54,139 nucleotides of DNA from an uncultured Clostridium sp. (GTDB lineage Bacteria > Bacillota > Clostridia > TANB77 > CAG-508), in NCBI GenBank assembly GCA_946497905.1, contig CAMMMI010000001.1, forward strand, positions 1-54,139, written 5' to 3'. Below the pieces are notes generated by a model. It saw nothing but the letters and a program-made list of their open reading frames with translations. It made no database searches and was not told the DNA's origin. A program made the position numbers and the translations under genes. This document shows, piece by piece, positions 8,555-15,896 of this stretch; within the stretch, counting starts at the first letter, position 1, and every line of letters starts with the position of its first letter.

Positions 8555-9790
8555 TTACATTTCTTCCTCTTCATCAAACCAATCAAAACCACTAGAATTA
8601 GCTTTTTTAATTGCATATTCTTTCATAGCTTGTTTTGATAAAGTTCTATATCTTCTAATTCTTATTTTAGGTCTATGATTTATTTGTGAGTTAGAAACCA
8701 TATTGCTGATAGCAATAATCCCACCAAGAATGTTATTAACCCTGTTTTCCATTTTATTTTGGAAATCTTGCTTTTCTGTTCCTCTTCCGTTTTTTTCAAT
8801 TCTTGTTTCAAGTTGTAAAATTGATTTTTCACTTCTTGTGCCACTAATTTTTGCATTTCCTTGTTCATCTGTATATTGTCCTTTAATAATCTTTCTAGTG
8901 TATCTTGTACTTTCTTTTTCATAATTGTTATATCTTCTACTATTGCTTGTTCCATTTGATATAAATCCTTTATTATCTCTGGCTCTATTAGATAATAATC
9001 CATCTTTACTATTGATGGAACTACTTGATTTTCTTGTATTATTTGATTGTTCTTTTTCAATTCTTCTAAATTCATTTTCCATTGCTCCTTTTGAATATTT
9101 TTTATCATATAATTTATTATCTCTACACTTATATCCTTCAGGCGTTGTATATGTAATGTATTTTCTTGTATCTGTCCAATTAACTTGATAACCTAACTTA
9201 TTCATTAATTTTATAAATTGCTCTTTGTTACTACTTTCTGCCAGTGATAAATCAATTGCATTTATTAACTTAAATTTCCAACTCTTACCCTGTTCAGCAA
9301 CTCTATATTCATTTCTTTTTATGTATTGTGTATTTTCTTTTTTAGGTATAACTGAAGCTCTTATCTCTAAGCACAACTTGTCTGAATAATCTTTTAAATC
9401 TTGTAAATCCTTTTTACTCATTTGAATTTTATATCCATTTTCAAATGAAACTGAATTTACAACTAAATGATTATGCAAATGTTTTTTATCAATATGTGTT
9501 GCAACTAATACCTGGTATCCATTGAATTTTTCTGCTAATCTAATACCGGTATTATGAACTTGTTCTGCAGATAAATTATCTTTTGGGGCAAATGATTGAA
9601 TAATATGAATATACTGTCTGCCATTATTCTTGTTATATAATTCTTTTGTATATAACATTTCTTCTAAACTACTTTCAGCTAAACAATCTTTTCCTGTTAT
9701 CAAATTAGCATTTGTTTTCTTGTCTTGTGTAACATAGTTTATAATTGTTTTTAAGTTTGCTTTTGAACTAATTGCTTCAATAATTGCCAT
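8555..9790 (-). CDS. Relaxase / mobilization nuclease (MobA/VirD2-type, MOBQ-like)
   Basis: N-terminal relaxase motifs: HIIQSFAP, and a His cluster HIDKKHLHNHLVVNSV. The start overlaps the mobC 3' end by 40 nt. Low-complexity C-terminal half with an acidic tail DWFDEEEEM. Confidence 0.85.
   Translation of the reverse strand: MAIIEAISSKANLKTIINYVTQDKKTNANLITGKDCLAESSLEEMLYTKELYNKNNGRQYIHIIQSFAPKDNLSAEQVHNTGIRLAEKFNGYQVLVATHIDKKHLHNHLVVNSVSFENGYKIQMSKKDLQDLKDYSDKLCLEIRASVIPKKENTQYIKRNEYRVAEQGKSWKFKLINAIDLSLAESSNKEQFIKLMNKLGYQVNWTDTRKYITYTTPEGYKCRDNKLYDKKYSKGAMENEFRRIEKEQSNNTRKSSSSINSKDGLLSNRARDNKGFISNGTSNSRRYNNYEKESTRYTRKIIKGQYTDEQGNAKISGTRSEKSILQLETRIEKNGRGTEKQDFQNKMENRVNNILGGIIAISNMVSNSQINHRPKIRIRRYRTLSKQAMKEYAIKKANSSGFDWFDEEEEM
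8680..9075 (-). CDS. Nested MobB-like ORF in an alternative frame inside the relaxase gene (coiled-coil + C-terminal TM helix)
   Basis: 142-aa ORF, of which 131 aa follow the second Met, preceded by AAAGGAG-9 nt-ATG. Non-degenerate, coiled-coil-like sequence ending in TGLITFLVGLLLSAIWFL. Confidence 0.45.
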   Translation of the reverse strand: MNLEELKKNNQIIQENQVVPSIVKMDYYLIEPEIIKDLYQMEQAIVEDITIMKKKVQDTLERLLKDNIQMNKEMQKLVAQEVKNQFYNLKQELKKTEEEQKSKISKIKWKTGLITFLVGLLLSAIWFLTHK

Positions 9791-9978
9791 ATATTATTCA
9801 CTTCCATTCGCAGTTCTTTCAAGTCAACTACTGTAATTATTTTTTCATTTGCAAGTCTTGTTAATTGATTAATATTATTTCCTATTCTTCGAAGCTCACT
9901 ATCTACTTTATCTAGTCCTTTTACTATAATAATTTTATCTTTTAAACACGAACTTACAATAAATTTTGTAATTGTCAT
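9751..9978 (-). CDS. mobC: MobC-family relaxosome accessory protein (the annotated ORF lacks its RHH N-terminus; see finding)
   Basis: LRRIGNNINQLTRLAN matches the MobC NxNQ motif. There is no SD before ATG 9978, while a strong GAGGAGG SD precedes an out-of-frame ATG at 10058. Confidence 0.75.
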   Translation of the reverse strand: MTITKFIVSSCLKDKIIIVKGLDKVDSELRRIGNNINQLTRLANEKIITVVDLKELRMEVNNIWQLLKQLVQKQT

Positions 9979-10114
9979 ATTACATTTCTTTGCTTTTGAT
10001 TCAATTATGCTTTTTCTTTTTCAGTTAATCGTATATTTATTTTCTTATCTTTGGGCATTCTATTCCTCCTCGTTTTCCCTAAAACAAATTAAAGGGGTTT
10101 GGGTTCTCCCAAGT

Positions 10115-10163
10115 TTGCAAGCTCTATTTGTAGTACTTGTACTTACAAATAGGAAGCTTGCAA
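10115..10163. promoter_or_regulatory. Candidate oriT inverted repeat
   Basis: TTGCAAGCTCTATTTGTA - 11 nt - TACAAATAGGAAGCTTGCAA, located between int and mobC. Confidence 0.45.
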
Positions 10164-10180
10164 TACTATATATTTGGTAT

Positions 10181-11359
10181 TTAATTACTGTTATTCACAA
10201 AATTTAATTGGTTATTATTTAAATAAGTATTTACCTTTTCAAGTTCATTTTCTTTAAATTTATTAAACACAGATGTGTATGTATTTAAAGTTACAGTTAC
10301 ATCTTTGTGTCCCATTAATCTTTGCAAAACGACTGCTGTCATTCCTGCTTCAATACATCTTGTTCCATAAGTATGTCTTAAACAATGGGTACTAATATTT
10401 TTTGAATCTACATTTAATTCTTCTTTGAAAATTCTTTTTAGTTCTTTATTAATTGCAGATGTTCTTATATAACTATCATTATTTGTAAATATTAAATTGT
10501 GTAAATTTTCATTTGTATATTTTAATTGTTCCTCAAAAATTGGAACTAAAAAATCTGGTATAGGTAAAGTTCTATTACCTGAATACGTTTTTGTCTTATT
10601 TCCTAAAATAATGGCAAATTCTTTGTCATTTGTTAGTGTTCTCTTAACATATAAAAGTTTATTTTCTAAATCAATATTTTCTTTGCTTAATGCAAGTACT
10701 TCGCCTATTCTTAATCCCATATACATTTGTAGTAAAAATATATTTTTATATGGTTCGTTTTCTATTGAAACTTTATTCAAATATTGTGTAAATTCTTTTT
10801 GCACATTGATATTTAATGCTTCAACCACTTTTGTTTGTTTATTACTTTTAGGTTTTATAACTTCATACATTGGGTTATATGAAATGTATTTTTTTATTTC
10901 TGCTCTACGATATGCTTGTACAAATTGTTCATAAATTTTCTTGATATACGAATCACTTAAATCTTTAATAGAATTTAAAAATTCTTGAATATCATCTTTG
11001 GTTATATCCTGTATTTTCATATTTCCAATATTGCTATTTTTAATTTTATTGATAGTCCATTTTAATCTAGCATATTGACCACCTGAAATTGTATTAGATG
11101 CCAATTTTTCTTCTCTTATATCTTCCATAATTTTTACTAATTTAATTCCATTTTTTTCTATATACATGTCATTATTCATTTTATATTTAATCTCATTTAA
11201 TTTATTTATGACCTCTTTTTGAGTCTTTCCATATACTGATTTTCTAATGACTTTTCCATCTACAGATGTTCCATATATATATTGACCAATCCATCTTTTA
11301 TTTTTCTTATCTTCAAATATTGTGCCTTCGCCATTTCCTCTTCTTCTTTTTCTCTTCAT
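10181..11359 (-). CDS. int: Tyrosine recombinase / site-specific integrase
   Basis: N-terminal arm-binding-like GNGEGTIFEDKKNKRWIGQ. Catalytic region LRIGEVLAL ... HCLRHTYGTR ... LMGHKDVTVTLNTYTSV (R-H-R-Y pattern). Confidence 0.9.
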   Translation of the reverse strand: MKRKRRRGNGEGTIFEDKKNKRWIGQYIYGTSVDGKVIRKSVYGKTQKEVINKLNEIKYKMNNDMYIEKNGIKLVKIMEDIREEKLASNTISGGQYARLKWTINKIKNSNIGNMKIQDITKDDIQEFLNSIKDLSDSYIKKIYEQFVQAYRRAEIKKYISYNPMYEVIKPKSNKQTKVVEALNINVQKEFTQYLNKVSIENEPYKNIFLLQMYMGLRIGEVLALSKENIDLENKLLYVKRTLTNDKEFAIILGNKTKTYSGNRTLPIPDFLVPIFEEQLKYTNENLHNLIFTNNDSYIRTSAINKELKRIFKEELNVDSKNISTHCLRHTYGTRCIEAGMTAVVLQRLMGHKDVTVTLNTYTSVFNKFKENELEKVNTYLNNNQLNFVNNSN

Positions 11360-11371
11360 AATTTTGACCTC

Positions 11372-12175
11372 CTATTTTGCAAGTTCATTAACCAAACTTG
11401 AAATATAATATTCTATTATGTTTTCGATATTTTTATTTTTTAAGATATTACCAAATACTTTTTCTAGTATAGGTAAAGTTACTTTTTCCAATAATTCTCC
11501 CTGTTTATTATCGTATAACCTTTTTACTGCCAATTGATATAGTTTTATTTGAGTTAGTACACTTTTTGGTAAGTACTCTGAGTTTTCAAAATATATTTTC
11601 TTTTGTTTAAAAATTACATTATATTTTGCTGTTTCTTTTTGAACTAAATTTGTTTTATTTAATTTTAAATTAATTAAATCTAATCCATCATTCAATCCAT
11701 TATTTTCTATATCTTCATCTATCTCTATATCTAACTCTTTATCTATATCTATCTCTTGTGGACTATTTGGTAGACATTGTCCACTTAATAATTTCTGCTT
11801 TTCTCTTTGTTCTCTTTTTTGTTTTGCCCAACCAGTTTCACTACCTACCATATTTTCAAATCCAGCTATTTTTAAACAAATTCCATCATCTGTATAAATT
11901 AAATTTAGTTTTTTAAATAGTTCCATAGCAACTATAACAGTATCTTTACTAAAATATTTAGTATCTCTTACTATTTTTTCTGGATCATAGGGAATAATCA
12001 TTTCTCCAACTCGTGATGCTAATTCTCCATTATTATTAGCAGTTTGTAGGCATAGCATTTGATACAAAACGATATACTGACAACCATCTTTTTGTGATAA
12101 TAAGAAATCTATTTCGGCTAAATTAAAGAAATCAGTTTTTAATTTTATCCAATAATATCTTTTTGTTTTTTCCAT
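11372..12175 (-). CDS. Phage-replisome-organizer N-terminal-domain protein (putative IME replication initiator)
   Basis: RYYWIKLKTDFFNLAEIDFLLSQKDGCQYIVLYQMLCLQTANNNGEL matches the Phage_rep_org_N pattern. Acidic repeat linker EIDIDKELDIEIDEDIE. Confidence 0.7.
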   Translation of the reverse strand: MEKTKRYYWIKLKTDFFNLAEIDFLLSQKDGCQYIVLYQMLCLQTANNNGELASRVGEMIIPYDPEKIVRDTKYFSKDTVIVAMELFKKLNLIYTDDGICLKIAGFENMVGSETGWAKQKREQREKQKLLSGQCLPNSPQEIDIDKELDIEIDEDIENNGLNDGLDLINLKLNKTNLVQKETAKYNVIFKQKKIYFENSEYLPKSVLTQIKLYQLAVKRLYDNKQGELLEKVTLPILEKVFGNILKNKNIENIIEYYISSLVNELAK

Positions 12176-12334
12176 AATTTACTCACTTTCCAGTATTTCT
12201 ACTTAATTTTCTATTGTTAAAAATAAGGAAAAATGATATACTATTTATATAAAGATTGCGAATATCTTTATGTGGCATTTGTGCAAAAGTCTGCTCGACA
12301 AAGTGTACTTTTGTATAAATGCTTTTTAAATTTT

Positions 12335-12580
12335 TCATATAACATCAATCCTTTTTTCCATCTTCCACAGAATATAAGCAATTTTTTGTATTTTTCTTGT
12401 TTTGCCAATATTCACAGATGGAAAATCTGCACGATTAAATATTTCGTTTGTTTTGTTTTCTCCCATATACAAATCTTTTGCTACATCTTTTACAGTTAGC
12501 ATTTTAAATGGGTCATCTAAGCTCTTTATAGCTTGTTTTACTAATTCTTTCTTAAGTTCTTCACTAAAATTTTCATTCAT
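12335..12580 (-). CDS. Excisionase-family / MerR-like HTH DNA-binding protein
   Basis: LTVKDVAKDLYMGENKTNEIFNRADFPSVNIGKTRKIQKIAYILW resembles HTH_17 excisionase-type proteins. First gene of the leftward operon. Confidence 0.65.
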   Translation of the reverse strand: MNENFSEELKKELVKQAIKSLDDPFKMLTVKDVAKDLYMGENKTNEIFNRADFPSVNIGKTRKIQKIAYILWKMEKRIDVI

Positions 12581-12608
12581 AATTTTGTCCTCCTTTGAAA
12601 TTTCTATA

Positions 12609-12839
12609 ATCCATTTTGGATACTTAATAAGTAAAAAAATAAATCTTATTCATATTTTTATTTTTATAGCATACCTCCTTTCAAATTTATCTGTATCCGT
12701 TTTGGATATTTATATAATAATCCAAAATGGATATATTGTCAATACCTTTTTCAAAATTTTTTAAACTTTCTAAAACTTTTATATAAAAAATATTTAATTT
12801 TCAACGATTATTGACTTTCCAAAATGGATATGATAAAAT
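12609..12839. promoter_or_regulatory. Divergent promoter/operator switch region of the IME
   Basis: Leftward promoter TTGACA(12742-12737)-17-TATTAT(12719-14). Rightward promoter TTGACT(12811-16)-17-TAAAAT(12834-39). Four ATCCAWWWWGGATA-type palindromes at 12609, 12695, 12720 and 12817; the last two fill the promoter spacers. Confidence 0.65.
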
Positions 12840-12869
12840 TTAAACATAAATTGAGAAGGAGAAAAAATT

Positions 12870-13619
12870 ATGACAAATGGCGAAAGAATAAAGTATTTAA
12901 GAGAAAAAAATGGATTTACTCAAAAAGATATTGCTACAAGATTAGGAGTAGAACCTGCAGCAATATCAAAATATGAATTAGATATGAGAGAGCCAAATAT
13001 AGAAGCAATAAAAAAACTAGCTACAATTTTTAATGTTTCAATAGATTATTTACTTGGAAGAACACCAGATGTTTTTGTAGATGAAACAAATAGAGATACA
13101 CTTGATATATCTGCTATTAAAGACAAATATAACTTTACAAAAAAGAGAATGGATAAAGTAAAAGAAATCTATAAAAATGATACTACACTAAGCACAGCAA
13201 TAAACGAATTATGTTGTGGTGTAGGAAAAACTACTTTTGGACAAACTATAACAAATACAAATATTTCAATGCTAGAAATAGAAAGCATGTTTAATGATTT
13301 TGAAAACAGCAAAGATCCTAAACCACAAATTATAATGAAAGTTAAAAATTTAGAAAATAGTATTATAATTGTTGAGATTGATTCTTTTGATGATGAAGAA
13401 ATGCCACTTGATGCAACTGATAGAATTGCTTTATATACTACAAAATTATCACAAAAATATAATGTGCTTGGTTTAGTAATGACAATTGATAAAGATGAAA
13501 ATTGTAAAATTATAGATGCTATATATCAAAAAAATAAAGATACTTATTATACTCAATTACATTTGCCTAAAACAGTATTAACTGCTGGAGAGTATATTGA
13601 TATAATGAGTAGATTATAG
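12870..13619 (+). CDS. XRE-family HTH regulator with an uncharacterised ~170-aa C-terminal domain
   Basis: GAAGGAG RBS. N-terminus MTNGERIKYLREKNGFTQKDIATRLGVEPAAISKYELDMREPNIEAIKKLATIFNVSIDYLLGR is a typical HTH_3. No motif recognised in the C-terminal part. Confidence 0.8.
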   Translation: MTNGERIKYLREKNGFTQKDIATRLGVEPAAISKYELDMREPNIEAIKKLATIFNVSIDYLLGRTPDVFVDETNRDTLDISAIKDKYNFTKKRMDKVKEIYKNDTTLSTAINELCCGVGKTTFGQTITNTNISMLEIESMFNDFENSKDPKPQIIMKVKNLENSIIIVEIDSFDDEEMPLDATDRIALYTTKLSQKYNVLGLVMTIDKDENCKIIDAIYQKNKDTYYTQLHLPKTVLTAGEYIDIMSRL

Positions 13620-13635
13620 GAAGGAGTAAATCTTA

Positions 13636-15312
13636 ATGGAAGATTCAGAACTTAAACAAATATTATTTTCATTATTAAAAAATGATGAAAATGAGTGTAT
13701 AGAATATAAAGAAGCAAATAATAGTTTTGATTTTGAAAAACTCGGAAAATATTTTTCTGCATTGAGTAATGCTGCTAACTTGGTTGGAAAGCAATATTCA
13801 TGGTTAATCTTTGGAATTAAAGATAAAACTCACGAGTTTGTTAATACTAAATATAGAAACAATGGAAATTTGAATAAGTTAAAAAAAGAAATTACAAAAG
13901 GAACTAACGATGGAATTACTTTTTTGGATATTTTTGAATTATTTGTAGAAGATAATAAAAGAGTAATAATGTTTAAAATACCAGCAGCTATGGGAATTCC
14001 CACAACATGGAGAGGATTTGCTTATGATAGAAATGATGAGGATTTAGTCCCTTTAAATCAAATGAAATCTGATCAAATTAAGTCAACAATGAATTTCGAT
14101 TGGTCAAGACAGATTATAGAAAGTTTGACAGTAGATGATTTAGACAAAGAAGCCATTTTAAAAGCAAGAGAACAATTTAAAAAGAAAAATGAAGATAAAG
14201 AAATTGCTAAAGAAGTGGATAATATGGATGATATTACATTTCTAAATAAAGCGAAGGTTTTATTAAATGGTAAAGTGACTCGTACAGCTTTACTATTACT
14301 TGGAAAAGAAGAAAATAGTTATTTGTTTGAAGATTTTATTCCGCAAATAACGTGGAAATTACAAGAGAATGGAGAAATTTTAGATTATGAACACTTTACA
14401 ATTCCATTTTTAGTAAATGTTGAAAAAGCAAAAAATAAAATTAGAAATTTAAGATATAGATATATGGTTAATGAAATAACATTATTTCCCAACGAAGTGG
14501 ATCAATATGATAATTATACTTTAAGAGAGTTATTAAACAATGCAATCGCTCATCAAGATTACAGAAAACATGGTAGAATAAATATATTAGAAATGAAAGA
14601 AAAATTAATTTTTATAAATGAAGGAAGTTTTATTCCTCAAAATGTTGACAAATTTTTACTAGATGAAAGTTATGTTCCTCCATATTATAGAAATCCGTTT
14701 TTAGCAAATGCTATGGTTAATTTAAATATGATTGATACTGCTGGAAGTGGCATAAGAAGAGTATTTAATAATCAAAAGCAAAAATTCTTTCCTATGCCAG
14801 ACTATGATTTATCAGTAGAGGGAAGAGTAAAAGTAACTTTGTATGGAAAAATATTAGATGAAAAATATACAAAAATGCTTTTTGAAAAAACTGATTTAGA
14901 TATTGGTATTGTAATGCTTTTAGATAGAGTTCAAAAAGGAATACATATAGCAAAGCAGGAGTCTGATTTATTAAAAAAAGAAAAATTAGTAGAAGGAAGA
15001 TATCCAAACTTATATATTTCTAAAGAAATTTCAGAAATAACAGATGAAAAAGCAAAATATATAAAAAATCGTGGATTAAGTAATGATATGTATAAACAAA
15101 TGATAGTAGAATTGATAAAGACATATGGTAAAGCAACAAGAAATGAAATAAATGATTTGTTACTTGATAAAATGCCAGAATTCTTATCTGAAGATAAGAA
15201 AAAAAGAAGGATTAAATATTTATTAATTGAATGTTTGCAAAATAAAGAGAAAAAAATAAAAAATATTGGAAGTCGTACAAATTCTATATGGGTTTTAAAT
15301 AAAGATGATTAA
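13636..15312 (+). CDS. AlbA_2 (Schlafen-like) + HATPase_c_4 / RecG-C-like putative DNA-binding protein
   Basis: N-terminus ECIEYKEANNSF...ALSNAANLVGKQYSWLIFGIKD (AlbA_2 pattern). Central LRELLNNAIAHQDYRKHGRINILEMKEKLIFINEGSF (HATPase_c_4 pattern). GGAGTAA RBS 16 nt after the XRE stop. Confidence 0.7.
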   Translation: MEDSELKQILFSLLKNDENECIEYKEANNSFDFEKLGKYFSALSNAANLVGKQYSWLIFGIKDKTHEFVNTKYRNNGNLNKLKKEITKGTNDGITFLDIFELFVEDNKRVIMFKIPAAMGIPTTWRGFAYDRNDEDLVPLNQMKSDQIKSTMNFDWSRQIIESLTVDDLDKEAILKAREQFKKKNEDKEIAKEVDNMDDITFLNKAKVLLNGKVTRTALLLLGKEENSYLFEDFIPQITWKLQENGEILDYEHFTIPFLVNVEKAKNKIRNLRYRYMVNEITLFPNEVDQYDNYTLRELLNNAIAHQDYRKHGRINILEMKEKLIFINEGSFIPQNVDKFLLDESYVPPYYRNPFLANAMVNLNMIDTAGSGIRRVFNNQKQKFFPMPDYDLSVEGRVKVTLYGKILDEKYTKMLFEKTDLDIGIVMLLDRVQKGIHIAKQESDLLKKEKLVEGRYPNLYISKEISEITDEKAKYIKNRGLSNDMYKQMIVELIKTYGKATRNEINDLLLDKMPEFLSEDKKKRRIKYLLIECLQNKEKKIKNIGSRTNSIWVLNKDD

Positions 15313-15345
15313 ATATTTAAAATTTTCTAATTTTAAAAAATGATT

Positions 15346-15526
15346 GGCCGAAATTCAAAAAAATCCGGCCGAATTCTAAAAATATTCGGCCGAATTCCGG
15401 ACAAAAATCAGCCGAAATTCAAAAAAATCCGGCCGAATTCTAAAAATATTCGGCCGAATTCCGGGCGAATATCGGCCAAAATTCAAAAAAGTCCGGCTGA
15501 ATTCTAAAAATATTCGGCCGAATTCT
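15346..15526. repeat. GC-rich iteron array: 3 x 64-bp units = 9 x (C)GGCCGAA(A)TTC sites
   Basis: Site starts at 15346, 15367, 15388, 15410, 15431, 15452, 15474, 15495 and 15516, giving spacings of 21,21,22,21,21,22,21,21. Confidence 0.8.
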
Positions 15527-15606
15527 AAGCAGAAATTAATAAATTTAAAATTACAAATTTTGTAAAATCATAAATAAGCTTATGATATATTTTTCAATAT
15601 CCACAA

Positions 15607-15798
15607 TTAATTATTTTTAGTAAGTATTTCTTCTTCATATCCATCATCATATACCCAATGTATGTATTTAAAATCTCCACCAATTCTTGTATATTCATTT
15701 CCACCATCAATTGAACATGCCCCACATTTACATTTTTTATAATCGTGAACACTTAAAGATTCAATTATATCATTACATTTTAAGCATCTAATTTTCAT
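15607..15798 (-). CDS. Small Cys-rich zinc-ribbon-like protein (63 aa)
   Basis: GAGGTGG RBS. CxxC (CLKCN) and CKCGAC motifs. Last gene before the att site. Confidence 0.6.
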   Translation of the reverse strand: MKIRCLKCNDIIESLSVHDYKKCKCGACSIDGGNEYTRIGGDFKYIHWVYDDGYEEEILTKNN

Positions 15799-15869
15799 AA
15801 TTTTTCCACCTCTTATAGCTTTTCTTTAAGACAATTATACAAACATTTAAAAAATTTTTCAATAAAATT

Positions 15870-15896
15870 CATTCAACTGCATTCAAACTACATTCA
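15870..15896 (+). promoter_or_regulatory. Candidate integrase arm-type sites, P arm (3 direct CATTCA)
   Basis: CATTCA at 15870, 15880 and 15891 (10-11 bp spacing), about 55 bp from the tRNA-end repeat. Confidence 0.45.

Noticed and set aside
10007-10207. ORF 10007-10207 (+), and its copy at 19631-19831
   Set aside because: It is antisense to the mobC leader and oriT region, has no RBS, and is explained by AT-rich sequence.
12233-12764. ORFs 12233-12499 (+) and 12402-12764 (+), and their copies at +9624
   Set aside because: They are antisense to the Xis-like gene and run through the promoter/operator region. The translations are hydrophobic and low-complexity, with no SD.
15346-15526. Possible CRISPR array, because of regularly spaced GC-rich repeats
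   Set aside because: The repeats are only ~11 bp and 21-22 bp apart, and the spacers are themselves repeated in a 64-bp tandem unit. There are no unique spacers and no cas genes. It is an iteron or tandem-repeat array.
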